A DNA stretch of 61,708 bases, counting the filler, from Basidiobolus ranarum (lineage: Eukaryota): the NCBI GenBank assembly GCA_040143965.1. It is 21 parts of 21 records of this genome, joined end to end, with 100 filler letters (N's around TTAATTAATTAA, not from the genome) between each part and the next. Parts side by side here need not be neighbours in the genome. Positions count along the whole stretch, not along the records: positions 1 to 2,855 come from JASJQH010009794.1; positions 2,956 to 5,810 come from JASJQH010009795.1; positions 5,911 to 8,765 come from JASJQH010009796.1; positions 8,866 to 11,719 come from JASJQH010009797.1; positions 11,820 to 14,671 come from JASJQH010009798.1; 16 more parts are not named here. The stretch is one strand, 5' to 3'. Below the pieces are notes generated by a model, which did not search any database, was not told where the DNA came from, and saw only the letters and a program-made list of their open reading frames with translations. Shown here piece by piece: positions 1-12,088 of this stretch; positions within the stretch are counted from its first letter, which is position 1; each line of letters starts with the position of its first letter. The position numbers and the translations under genes are program-made.

Positions 1-2506
1 GGAGTGGCAGAGTGTTCCAGAACTAGATCTACAGTTCCTCTCAAATACCTGAATATTTGTTTTACTGCAGTTTTGTGCTCAGATCCTGGAATTTTGGGAT
101 ATTCTCTGACAGCTTCCATTGCCACCACAATGCCTGGACATGTTCCAACCAATGTATACATGAAACTACCCACCATGGATTGAGAAGGGAACTCCCAGCT
201 TTGATTTGAGTCATTTTGGCCTAAATCAGATGACATTTTGATTAATTTCCTTTTGGGACCCATTGGTGTTGAAGCATGCTTGTATTCTCCTGTGTGAAGC
301 ACTTTAGGATGTCTATGATGTATCTAGACTGATTCAGCATGATCTTCAGGTTGGGTTTATCTCTCTTAGTTTGGATTTCAAAAAAGTAATTTAATTTACC
401 AATATCAGTAGTCTGAAATTGGTTTGAAAAGCTGCTTTTTGTCCAATTGAGTGCTTCTCAATCATTTGTGGCTATGATGAAGTCATCCACATATAATGCC
501 AAGACAAGGATCCTGATTCAGTTGTTTTGATGTATATATTGTGATCAATTGGGCATGTTTGGAATTTCAGTGATTCTAAATAGGTATCTATCTTGTTGTA
601 CCATGCCCTGGGAGCTTGCTTCAGTCCTTATAGCAATCTACGCAGTTTAAAGACCATGTCAGGATGTTTTGGTCAACAACCTAATCTGGTTGCTTCATAT
701 TGATCTTTTCTTCTAGATATCAATTCAGAAAGGCTGTTTTTTGCAACTATTTTATGTAAATCAAAGTCATGGAGGGCTGAGAGTGCCAGAAATGATATAA
801 TGTAGCTAAACTTAGCTACTGGAGTGAAAGTTTCATTACAATCAACTCTTGGAGTCTAGGAATAACCTTTAGCAACTAACCATGCTTTGTACCATTCTAT
901 GGTTCCATCAGCTTAGTCTTTGATTTTGAAGACCCATTTGCTATCTATTGGCTTTCTTGCCAATGGTAGAGGACATAAAACCCATATTTAATTGTCCTGA
1001 AATGAAAAAAACACATCAGAAACCCGTATCACAATGCTGCTTCAGCATATATATCATCATTGGAAGTATTCCACCAGTTTTCTAGCTTATTTCTCCTTCT
1101 GGATGATCATCTGGGTGCTGAATCATCACCTGATGTAATAGAGACAGGAAGTTTGGTTGTATAGGGCTCTGATGAGGCTGGAACTTTGTCAGACACTTCC
1201 AGAATTGTGCTGATTGTGTTTTCTGGATCAAGAACTGTTTTTTGAGGTGAAAAATATGCCTTTTCAACAAAAATCACATCTCTGCTCTTAATTAACGTGT
1301 TATCTTTGGTATCAAACAGTCTGTAGGCCTTATATCAATTGTACTAAATAATTAATGTGCATTTTCTGCTTTTAAGTTTCAATTCAGAGTGGTTTTGAGC
1401 TGTAATTAGGCAATATGCTATGTAACCAAAGATCCTCAGATGATCCACACTTGTTCTCATCCATATAGAGCTTCAAATGAAGTAGAATTCTGCAGCAATC
1501 TTGTTGGGCATTTGATTTGATAAGTGCTGCAGTAGAGACAGATTCAGCCCAATATTGGTAATTAAACTTTTGATCATGTAACATTTATCTAGCCATCTCA
1601 ACCAAGGTCCTATGAACATATTCTGCAACTCCATTTTGCTATAGAGTACAGGGTGCAGTTGTTTGGTGCTTAATCCCATGCTTACAACAAAAAGTAGCAA
1701 AGTCTTTAGAGCAGTATTCTCCACCAATATCACTGCTTAGAGCCTTTATTTTTGGTGCTGGTTCCTTCTCTATTATTGCTTTGTAGTGCTTGAATATAGC
1801 TAAACCTTCAGATTTGAATAGAAAAAGAATACCTAAGTACAACTTGTTTTGTCATCAAAAAAGGTCATTAAGTACCTTTTCCCAATTAGTGCAACATTTT
1901 TCTTGGGCCCTCCTAGATCAGAATGAATCAAGGCTGCACTAAGTGTGGATTTGATCTCTTCAGAGCTTGAAAATGGCTGTCTGTGATATTTGCAATCCAT
2001 GCAACCTTCACACAAATCCAGTTAGGTGAAGTTTCAATTTAGAAGCTGGAAACAGGCTGACTTCAATTCAGTTAGATCAGTTGTTGTTCCCTAATGTGGC
2101 CTGATCTTTTATGCCATGTTTGACTACCTATTTTACCGGTTTGGCCAAGTTTGCATTTGCAGAATGCAATTAATTCATTTCTAGCTTATACAAGTTTGGA
2201 GTTTTGATTCCAGTAGCTAATTTGGTATTAATTTGATCTGTGATAGTGCATCCAGCCTTGCTGAGCGGGAAATTTAGTCCTTGGGCTGTTGCTCAACTTA
2301 CTGAGAGTAGATTCTTGACTATATTTGGTACTAGAGTACATCATCCAATTTTGCAGATGGGGTAGCTGAACTTTGGTCTAAATCAAGCACAACTGTGCCC
2401 ATACCAACTATGTTTAGTGCATGGTTATCCCCTAAATTGACTTTCCTTGTTTGGATGGGTTTCAAGATGGAAACCAATCTTTCCAACATGACAATTGTGA
2501 TAAAAC
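1..2506 (-). mobile_element. Degenerate Ty1/copia pol (protease, GAG-pre-integrase, integrase, RT)
   Basis: Minus-strand fragments KVNLGDNHAL..GMGTV, CEGCM..KYHRQPF, LIHSDLGGP, SDIGGEY, and an RT region with KWVFKIK-like and LYVDD-like motifs; many stops and frameshifts; PR-IN-RT order is copia. Confidence 0.9.
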
Positions 2507-2733
2507 TGTTGAGCGGATTTGGCAGTGTTTTGGACAAGACTTAGATTAGTGAATCAAACACTTAAGTTTTATTGAATTGAATATGTCCTATTTAGAGTTC
2601 ACTATGAAATAGGACTATTGGATGTGCTGAGATCATAACAAACAGGCCTGTTAAGCAAGGTTGAAAATTTGAGGTGATTTGGAGAAGTTTTGAGAAAATA
2701 GTAAAAATTGGTAAAAGTGATCTGATTGATATT
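2507..2733 (-). repeat. Copia LTR family A, partial
   Basis: Aligns with the complete copies at 31455-31797 and 47717-48053; begins TGTT; cut by a MITE at 2734. Confidence 0.8.
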
Positions 2734-2855
2734 GGACTTGTTGCATGGTGCCAGGATTTATTGGACCTTGGATCAATATATTAGAGTAAATGTGATTGAA
2801 ACTGATCATGTAAGAGGGTGCTGGATAGTGCCAAATTGTGCCGCATAAATTTCAG
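2734..2855. mobile_element. GGACTTGTT-TIR MITE, truncated by contig end
   Basis: Reverse complement of about 36080-36202; preceded by ATT; interrupts an LTR. Confidence 0.75.
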
Positions 2856-2955
2856 NNNNNNNNNNNNNNNNNNNNNNNNNNNNNNNNNNNNNNNNNNNNT
2901 TAATTAATTAANNNNNNNNNNNNNNNNNNNNNNNNNNNNNNNNNNNNNNNNNNNN
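2856..2955. other. Artificial contig spacer (first of 20)
   Basis: 44 N + TTAATTAATTAA (stop in all frames) + 44 N. Other spacers start at 5811, 8766, 11720, 14672, 17623, 20572, 23520, 26467, 29412, 32355, 35296, 38235, 41172, 44109, 47044, 49979, 52913, 55846 and 58778. Confidence 0.99.
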
Positions 2956-3026
2956 CTTCTTGGCTCAGTTGGCAGAGCGTCTGCCTAGTAAGCAGAAGGT
3001 CGCTGGTTCAATTCCGGCAGAAGGCA
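2956..3026 (+). tRNA. tRNA-Thr(AGT), first ~2 nt cut by contig start
   Basis: Cloverleaf: D arm GCTC/GAGC, anticodon arm TCTGC-CT-AGT-AA-GCAGA, T arm GCTGG-TTCAATT-CCGGC, acceptor CTTCT/AGAAG; followed by an oligo-T Pol III terminator. Confidence 0.93.
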
Positions 3027-4155
3027 TTTTTACTGACTTTTTGTGTCCATGTATAGTAGAAGTTGTCTAAGAGAGCCTTACCATCAGGGTGAACTTGGAA
3101 CAGTTCGAGTAATTAGTGCTGAATCTCGATGAGAGACAAGGGTGACTGGCAAGTGAAAAACACTATTCACTACCATTTAAAGTCTAGGAAATCCAATTAA
3201 ACTATTCTATTCATAAACCACCCGGCTTGAACCATACTACCGGCAGTATTGAAGGAAAGCGTCCACCTACTTTAGATTTCCCAATCTGTGCAATTAATCC
3301 GGTTTCAATATACAGTGGTGATGGCGATAACGGATATGAGGAGTATGCCATCAAATATGATTGCTATTACGGAAGCTGAGGCGATGCTCAGATATTAAGC
3401 AATCGAGTCATCGATATAGTGATTAACTTCGCAAGTGCCCAGGATCGTTGGTCCTTACTAATAAAGAGTAGACCTTTAAGATGTTATTGAACTATTAGCC
3501 GAGATTTCAAATCGATTTTCTGCATTGGCAGCCTAAATATAAGTTTAGGATTGGTCAACAATATCCAATACTAACTACATTAACTCCGTAGCTATAGTCT
3601 TTATTACCATCGGTGAAGTGACAATAACAAGTCACTGCGCAACTATGCATACTCGAGCTTCATCGACCAGTAAATTTCTTGATACAATTTTGTTGAAAAT
3701 TCTTCTCAGTCATATTTATAGTGTTAAGCAATTATATTATGCGAAATCAATTTTATGACAGAGAGCAGTCATATAACCAGTTGGAGAGTACTCTAACGGG
3801 TCGCGTTTATTCTCAATGGCTTCTCTAACAAAGTGATATTAAATGCCAATGTGCTTCTATCATGAAGTTTACAATTTTTAGCTAAAGAGATACAGCTTTA
3901 ATTGTGCTTGAAAATCATGGCAGCTGATTGTTGAGAAATGCCTAAGCCCACCTAAAATAACACAGCTAGAGGGTCTACTACATCGTATAGTTAGCTATCC
4001 TAATTTCTCTATTTTATTATTCAATAAGCACATTCAAAATTGGCTTAAAATGCTTTTACCTCATATTTCTATACAAACATATTGCTATCCTCAAACATGT
4101 CCAAGAGACCCCAAAATCAGTGCACTTATTCCTGGGGAACATCCCAAGCTCATTC

Positions 4156-4475
4156 TATTGAAATTAGTATTGCCTATACATGGATATAGTCATATATAGG
4201 TTAGTATTTAGTTACCTTATACTTCACTAAGATATCACCCATTGTTCTGCATCATAACTTACTTGGGATATTTTACCAACTTAGAAGCGCTCAGACATAT
4301 CAATTTTCACACTTAATCCATAGGCCTCAAGCTTCACACACATGTTTCTAAGCCCTTCCGTAACATATTTCACACTTTGTTTACATTTTTCATAATTTTG
4401 AATGTCAACTTTCTGCTCAATAAATCAACAAATGAACATCACCAACTTCTATAGTTCTCCAAACCACCTCAAATT
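4156..4475 (+). repeat. LTR family D, partial
   Basis: Starts TATTGAAATTAG (decayed TGTTG); homologous to 41272-41380 (ends TTTAACA) and to the reverse of about 56360-56643 and 58542-58777. Confidence 0.65.
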
Positions 4476-4479
4476 ACAT

Positions 4480-5630
4480 ATATATTCTTGTAAACCACTT
4501 TGATTATATGTAAGTTTGTACAAACTCTCATCCTTTACTTTCAAAGCTTAAAAAATCTCATTTTGATCAGCAATGAAGCATCCTAACTTATCATGATTGA
4601 ATGTCAGTCCTTGTAAATTGGCCTTGCATACAAAAAATAAAATCTCAGCACTATCTAGAGCATTTACACATTCTTAAGAGTATACACTTCCTCTTCAGAA
4701 GCACCAGTTAAGTTGACTTGCATTGCTCCCATTCCAAAGGCTCCCATTGTAAGGTCATCTTATTTGGAAATCTGTCTCAGCAGGATTTTTCATAATCCAC
4801 AAGCCAAAGATTTTCATTTATGAAATGTCAGGAAGCTACAGAATCAATATACAACAACAGAGAGGCCTCTATGACAGTCATTAGTAGAGCAAAAATGAAT
4901 AAGTGCTTGTTTGTTTTAACCATGCTTTTTATTTCTTTTAGTTGGATCTTGATTTGCATAATACTCTATCAGAAGTTGGCCAAATGTATAATTTGAAATT
5001 CAGTTTTCAGTTGTGGATTCAAGAACCATTACTAGGCTCTGAAACCTTACTGGCTTCCCAGTCAGAGTGGTAACTGCAATCTCTTGGTTAGAGGTAGGTA
5101 ATCCAATTCATTCCCTTGTATACACTAAAATGGTGACTGTATTGAAAAGGTATTCAATCTTTTTTGCTGTTTCTGATTAATCATAAAATTGTCATCTAAT
5201 AAGCATCATATTTACCCCAAAACATGTTTGCCAGGTGTCTTCAAAGACTTTTCATACCTTCTTTGCAGGCTTGGCTCTTGAGCAATGAAAAAACATTTTC
5301 ACCAATGTTAAGACAAAGTGAACCAAAGGCACAGTTTTGTTTTTTAACCTGTGGCAAAGCTTTGATTTCAGAGAGTATTGCAAAGTTTTCTTCAACAAAA
5401 ATAATGCTGGAAAGGCCTTTTTCATGTAGCAGCATTTTGATTTTAATTACCTAAACTTGTCAAATGGTTTCATTGAAATTTTTGGAAGCAAGAACAGTTG
5501 CAGAAGTTTGAGAACTGGATATTACAAAGAGTGCAAGTTCAGATCCTATAGGCCATTTATATTTTTTTGCAGGCTGCTTGAAGTGACTTGGAGAACCAGA
5601 GAATGCATAATTCTCATCTGCCAATGCATT
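4480..5630 (-). mobile_element. Degenerate Ty1/copia gag-protease
   Basis: Reverse strand has the copia protease motif (tatattgattctgtagcttcctgacat, YIDS.AS.H) and UBN2-like gag remnants homologous to 36847-37854. Confidence 0.75.
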
Positions 5631-5810
5631 TATTGAAATTATTTAGGGAAAAATATTGGTCTGGCCAGGATTTGAACCTGGGACCTCCTTCACTGTAGCA
5701 AGGTGCTCTAACCACTGAGCTCCCAGTCCTTGTATGCTATGCTTATATTGCTAGTGAACCTTAAGCTAGTCTGTCTATGTATGGTACTTTGGCATTTCAG
5801 CTACACAAGC
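5631..5810 (-). mobile_element. tRNA-containing LTR-like element, copy 1 (truncated by contig end)
   Basis: Reverse complement of about 48425-48603; boundary TATTGAAA at 5631 abuts copia gag sequence. Confidence 0.8.
5657..5729 (-). tRNA. tRNA-like pseudogene (anticodon position ACA) inside a mobile element
   Basis: GGACTGG-GA-GCTCAGTGGTTAGAGC-A-CCTTG-CTACAGT-GAAGG-AGGTC-CCAGGTTCAAATCCTGG-CCAGACC-A; 73 nt; mismatches in the acceptor and anticodon stems. Confidence 0.7.
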
Positions 5811-5984
5811 NNNNNNNNNNNNNNNNNNNNNNNNNNNNNNNNNNNNNNNNNNNNTTAATTAATTAANNNNNNNNNNNNNNNNNNNNNNNNNNNNNNNNNN
5901 NNNNNNNNNNAGTTAACTTCAGTTATGATACATATATCAGAAACAGAAAGCAACGTATCTATAGCCCCTATATTCTAAATAGAA

Positions 5985-6407
5985 ATATCTCTATATCTAT
6001 ATAACAAGTATGTCTTAATACCCCCACTTATCTATTATATCTTATTACACAAACTCCTGAATATCTCAAACAATTGATTTACTTTTCTACTATATAAGTC
6101 ACCATATACTCTTAAGAATAAACTAACTAAAACACACTATCATAAGTTGCTTCTAATACTCAAAGTTTACCCCATTATGTCAAGATCCTCCAACAATATC
6201 TCTATATCTATATAGCACATATGTCATATTACCCCCACTTATCTATTATATCTTATTACAAAAACTCCTGAATATCTGAAACAATTGATTTACTGTTCTA
6301 CTATATAAGTCACCATATACTCTTAAGAATAAAGTAACTAAAAGACACTAGCTTAAGGTGCTTCTAATACCAGAGTCTACCCCCCATTATGTCAAGATCC
6401 TCCAGCA
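5985..6407 (+). repeat. Tandem duplication of ~211 bp of an LTR-like 3' end
   Basis: 5985-6195 is repeated at 6196-6407; units end CCAACA and CCAGCA. Confidence 0.8.
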
Positions 6408-6419
6408 GTTTGTAAATAT

Positions 6420-8765
6420 CAGTCAATTCCAATCAAGAAACTAATCAATTATGATATAACACACTTGGCCATAATGGATTTAATTATTTGAGCAAAATGA
6501 GCAAAAATTGCCAAGTTTCTGGAATTCACATTAGCTCCCTTACCAAAATGAAAGTTTGTGAGGGCTGGAAAATTTGTAAGTGTTTAATATATAGAAAATA
6601 AGCCAGGCATCATTCAACAACTCTGTTTTAATCAAATATGTCAAAAATTTGAATCACTTTCATTCAGATTTGTGGGGACCTGTCCAAAATTTATCTTTAG
6701 ATGGAAAAAGATATGTGGTTGTAGTTACCAATGATTATATAAGATACAATTGGTCCTACTTCATGGAATGAAACAAAGAAGCTCTCTCTATATTATATAC
6801 TATATCAGTCACCATATGTCATGATTCTGATCTTGACATACTGATCCACTGCAAATAGAACTCCTTTATTATTAGATTATGACATTGTATCTGCTGTGCC
6901 ATCCCTTCTTGGCAATCTTGTGCTAGTTCATCAAGGTTACATTATATGGAAGTCATGTGCTTTGGAACATTAATGAAACCTAACCAATTATGTCAACCCA
7001 CACATAGTGTATTTCTACCCAGACCTTCCATGGAAGGTCACCTGATCATCCTTACATCATCCCTCTTTGTATTGGTCCTTGTAGTCCCCAACACCCCAAC
7101 ACTTGAATTTGTCACAGTATGTTCCCTATTCAGTATATTATGTTTCACCTTGCAATATCTACATAAGCCCCATGTATTCCTTGATCTGACCTCAGTCTAA
7201 TCAATGCCAGTTTTTAATAAAGATTCTTGCCAAAGTATCTTCCCTGTCCAGCCTTGTCTTATCTTGTGTTGTGGTCTACACCCAAGTACTGTCCTGCCTT
7301 CTAGCCTCTTGTTGTTGTTTCCAGTCCTTGTCAAGTTCCTTATTGTGACACAATGTATTCCATGCATCTCTCTTAGAGCCACATGCCAGAAACACCTTCC
7401 AGGGCCAATCCATTGACCCACCCCCAGCAATCCAAATGGAAGAACACCCTGAATATGAAGTTAGCAAAATCCTAGATTTCAGAATTTATCAACACAAGTT
7501 GCTATATTCAGTGGACTGGAAAGGATACTCAACAAATGATCAATCATGGGAACCAGCAACAAATATTTTCAATTCCAAGGAACCTTGCCACAAGTTTCAT
7601 GAAGCCTACCCAAAAAAACCTGGCCCTATGATGTCTAGAAGCCATCACTAAGAAGGGAATACAGTCATCTTTCTGATCTTGGCATACTGATCCACTGCAA
7701 ATATAACTCCTCTATTATGGGATTATGACTTCATATTGGCTGTGCCATGCCTTCTAGGCAATCTTGTGCTAGTTCATCCCAATTTACTTATATAGAATTC
7801 ATGTTCATTGGAACATTCCATGAAACCTAATCAATCATGTCAACCCACACACACACTGTATTTCCACCAAGACTTCCATGGAAGGTTACCTGAATATCCT
7901 TACATCATCCCCCTTTGTATTAGTCCTTGTAATCCCCAACACCCTGACTCTTAAACTTGCCACAGTATATTCCCTATTCAGTATATTATGTTTCACCTTG
8001 CAATATCTATATAACCCCCATGTATTCCTTGTTGAGACCTCAGTCTGATCAATGCCAGTTATCAATAAAGATTCTTGCCAAAGTATCTTCCCTGTCCAGT
8101 CTTGTCTTGTCTTATCTTGTCTTGTGGTCTACACCCAAGTACTCTCCTGCCTTCCAGCCTCTTGTCATTGTTTCCAGTCCTTGTCCAGTTCCTTATTGTG
8201 ACACATATTCCTAAACTTTAGCATAGCAAATTGGACAAAAACACAATCAAATGTATCCTATTAGGATATCAGAACAAAGGCTATCATCTCTTAATTGCTG
8301 GCACAAATCAAATCATCAACTTCAGAGATACTATATTCATTGAAGAAAATCACAAATCTTCTAATTGGGGGAATTTGATTTAGGCTGTAAATTAATTTTG
8401 CAATAACTCATATTCTGAGTAAACATGTTCTGAAACCAATCTAGAGCAAACAAGCACTGAAACCAACTTGGAAAATGCTACACTGGAAATAGATACTGGA
8501 ATTAGGCCAAATTTGGAATCTGAAAATATCTATCAACAATTTCCAAATTTAGAAAATATCACATCTGGGACAAGGTCTAAAACATCAGCCACCAATCCCT
8601 GTGGTGAATATTCCTAGCAGAAAACCAACAAGCAATAATCCTGTCTCAAACTTCACTACCAGTTCTGCAATCAAGGAGAACAAACTACTATATGGTATTA
8701 TGTAATCAAGCAGCTAGACAAGTAGTGAAACATTAGGCAGCACTGGAATTGCACCAATTTATACC
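6420..8765 (+). mobile_element. Degenerate copia integrase, interrupted by a gypsy insertion
   Basis: CEGW..., HSDLWGP, SLDGKRY before 6790; HHIPK..SKLD..KCILLGY motif split at 6816/8204. Confidence 0.8.
6817..8203 (+). mobile_element. Internally deleted chromodomain Ty3/gypsy: LTR (6817-7350), integrase tail plus chromodomain, PPT, LTR (7663-8203)
   Basis: Two ~535-540 bp direct repeats (TGTCA...TGACA); internal HNVFHASLLEP and EYEVSKILD..YSVDWKGY...SWEP; PPT AAGAAGGGAA at ~7650; CATA on both flanks. Confidence 0.9.
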
Positions 8766-8865
8766 NNNNNNNNNNNNNNNNNNNNNNNNNNNNNNNNNNN
8801 NNNNNNNNNTTAATTAATTAANNNNNNNNNNNNNNNNNNNNNNNNNNNNNNNNNNNNNNNNNNNN

Positions 8866-9560
8866 CAATACCCCAAAAATCCAGGATCTGAGCAAAACAT
8901 AGCAGTAAAATTAAAATACAGTTTTGTGGATAACTGTATATCTAGATCTGGAAAACTTTGGCACATGCGATGCACAAATATTTGAAGGCTATAGTGTGGC
9001 AGATTGGAAAGAAACCTTGATGATAGATGATCAACAATTGGGTACACTTTTCCCTATTGCAATATAGCCTTATCTTTGAATTATGCAAAGCAACCAATTT
9101 TAGTACTTTTCACAACAGAAGTAATGTATAACACCATCTTTTCCACTACACAAGAAGCTGTCATTAAGGAAGTTATTCTCCAACTTGGATGCATTCAATA
9201 ACATGCTATCACTATATTTGAAGTCAGTCCAAATTGAATTTCACTAGTTAGAACCCCGTATTTCATGCCAGACAAATATATAGAAACTACACACTGTTTT
9301 GCAAGAAAAGCAATAGCAAATGCCAAAATTGGACTTTTCAGTTTCACTACCAAGGAAATAATTAGTTGAATAGGAATATTGAATTGAGGTACATAGAAAC
9401 TCATTATTTATTACCAGGTTGGCTCATGTTTGAATTATTTAGCACCAAATTCTGATATTCAGAAATGCATGTTCATAGCTCTACTTGATAAATAGAGCAA
9501 TCAGATAACATTTATCAATTTGCACTATTTTCTTAAAACATTTGCAAATCATCCCAAAGC
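8866..9560 (+). mobile_element. Degenerate copia RT/RNase H fragments
   Basis: GYVFPI..WxSKKQ-like and STTEAEY-like remnants homologous to other copies in the window. Confidence 0.6.
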
Positions 9561-10199
9561 CAGTCCCAAATCTTACTGGCAAGCCTATGATGAACTAAAC
9601 TTATCCTATAGTTGTATTTTATAGTAAACTATAAATGGGACATTCAATTCAATAAATCTTAAGTGTATAATTTGTAAATCTATATTTAGTCCAAAAAACA
9701 TCCTTAATACTTACACACTTTTATTCAATTCAAAAAAAATATGCATATCTAACCAAATTTAGATATCTGGATTGGATGAATTAAGTCATTTCCCTGGAAT
9801 CCAAATTAAACAAAATATGCCAATTAGAGAATTATACTCAATTAGTCTGGACACAGCTTAGACATTCTTAAGTGCTTCTATATGGAAAAAAGCCAGAATG
9901 TGCTAACACCATTGGATCTCATTGGGATGTTTAGCAAATTGTTAACCAATTTTGCCTAAAATCATTCAAATTCATTGCAGGAGCTACTACATCAGTTCTT
10001 GATGGGTATCCAATAGTCCTACATGATAGTAAGAGTTCTCGGATATATACATTAATCACACCTGTAATAGAAGACCTAGATTTCTCAAATATGTTCCTGG
10101 GACCTTTATTAACAAATTTTACACATTGGTATATTTACATCTTGATAATGCCCACTTTCTACTCAATATGGCTAGAAGTGAAAACCACCAATTTTACTC

Positions 10200-11340
10200 A
10201 TTATCCAAATCTTACCACCCACCAGTTAACAACACCAGAAGAATAGCTTCTGAAGGCCTTGACCAGAATGCAGCACTTTGCTGTTGATCAACACCAAAAC
10301 CAAGTGTTAGAATGTGACAATGAAGATGATTTTTGTTGCTTAGCTGAAGCCTATGCAACCAAGAGAGCTTCTCCACCTGAGGAGCTAAGACCTGCTGGTA
10401 AACAGAATGCAAGATTTTCTGAGCCAGAGGTTGTTATCGAGAACATTCCCATATCAACATCAAGAGTAAATGTGGAAAGACCTTCTCAGCCCAACTATCA
10501 TATGCAAACAAAGATTGGTAAGAAGACAGATCTTCAGACATTTATCAGGAGAATCTTAGACTTTCACCTCCCTGTCACAATTGGAGAACTTGTTAGTATT
10601 TTACCCACAGTCTGAAAGAACCTAGAAGACAACATACCTACTAGGAGACAATCTATATATCTGCCTTCTTCAAGAATTATACCAACTACTCATATTCAGC
10701 CACTTCCCAAGATGCACAAGAAAGACCTACATTTACATACAAATCAGTGGATATAGCCATAGTCAGTGGTACTCCTCATGAGACCTTATACAATGCCATA
10801 TTGATAGTGGGTCAGAGATTTGTATGATGCCAATGGACTTCTCTAAGTCATTACCATGCAAATACTTGCACCCAATGGATACAGATATACACTAGAGGAT
10901 GTGTGATGCCAACACTGGAGTCTCTTCACTGTCTGGGGTCATTCATGTATTTCCCAACAACATACAAGAAGTAGAGCACACTCTTCCTGTATTTATTTGT
11001 CAGAAGGTAAACTTCAACCTACTACTTGGAAGACCATGGGAGACAAAAGCAAGTGGAATGGTCATCAATCACCCTCATGGATCTGTTTGGTACACCATTT
11101 ATGGAAGCAATACTGTACTACTTGCCAACTTTTTTGGAGCACCAGCTACAAACCATAGAACCCAAACTCAGTGCAAATGCACCATCAAAAAGCATCTGAA
11201 GAACTGAAGACAGCCAAAAATGTTCACAAGGACTACTTTGACAAAAACCATCTCCTCCTATCAAAACCACTACAAGTTGATCACCTTGCACTAGAATATG
11301 AATTCACTCAGTACAAATAATAAACAGAGAGTATGATCAC
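10200..11340 (+). mobile_element. Degenerate Ty3/gypsy gag-protease region
   Basis: RILDFHLPVTIGELVSILP, aspartyl protease DSGSEICMM at ~10803, and FNLLLGRPW. Confidence 0.7.
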
Positions 11341-11478
11341 CAATGGAGAGGCCTATACAAAATTGCTAATGTTGTAGGCAATGAAAGGAGTCCTCAAAGT
11401 TGTCTGGACTTACTGGTTTGGCCAAAGTTGCATTTTAACTTATATCATTCTGGTCATATAACTGTGGTATCTCCATGG

Positions 11479-11719
11479 TATTGTGAAAATATGTGCTGTT
11501 TGGAGGAACTTTAGAAAAGTGGAGTTGTGAATAGCTTTGTGAGATAATTATTTATTGCCAGGAAATGAAGCCTTTATACATTTTGGTGTAAATACAGAAA
11601 ACTAACACTGAGATTGAATTCAGAACAACTATGGGAGTAAAATGAGCTATCTTTGAGGCAATTTGGACAAGTTAGAAATTTCCAATATGGAATTGCTGGT
11701 TCTCACATTATTCACATAT
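11479..11719 (-). repeat. Copia LTR family B, partial
   Basis: Reverse complement of the 3' part of the LTR at 36433-36814. Confidence 0.8.
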
Positions 11720-11819
11720 NNNNNNNNNNNNNNNNNNNNNNNNNNNNNNNNNNNNNNNNNNNNTTAATTAATTAANNNNNNNNNNNNNNNNNNNNNNNNN
11801 NNNNNNNNNNNNNNNNNNN

Positions 11820-12088
11820 ATATATCTTTAGGTGGAAAAAGATATTTAATCACATTTATTGATGATTATACAAGATACACTTGGGTCTACTTTATGGAAA
11901 GAAAAGAAGAAGCTCTCTCTATCTTTAGAGATTTTAAAACACTTGTGGAGACTGAAACTGGAACTAAAATCAAGAAAATATGTACTGATAATGGAGGAGA
12001 ATATACTTCAACACTATTTAAGCACTTTTGCAAAGTTCATGGAATAAAGCCAGAAACTACTGCTCCCTATTCACCTCAACAAAATGGA
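11820..12088 (+). mobile_element. Copia integrase core fragment
   Basis: FIDDY, TDNGGEY, TAPYSPQQNG; close match to the reverse of about 54150-54410. Confidence 0.9.

Noticed and set aside
2856-2955. Regularly spaced TTAATTAATTAA palindromes and ORFs ending in X...LIN or X...N
   Set aside because: Artificial linkers between size-sorted contigs; no biology and no cross-contig synteny.
6946-8214. Recurrent hydrophobic ORFs (6946, 7204, 7957, 21174, 52965) as a small membrane-protein family
   Set aside because: They are chance translations of the same gypsy LTR; frames and stops are not conserved.
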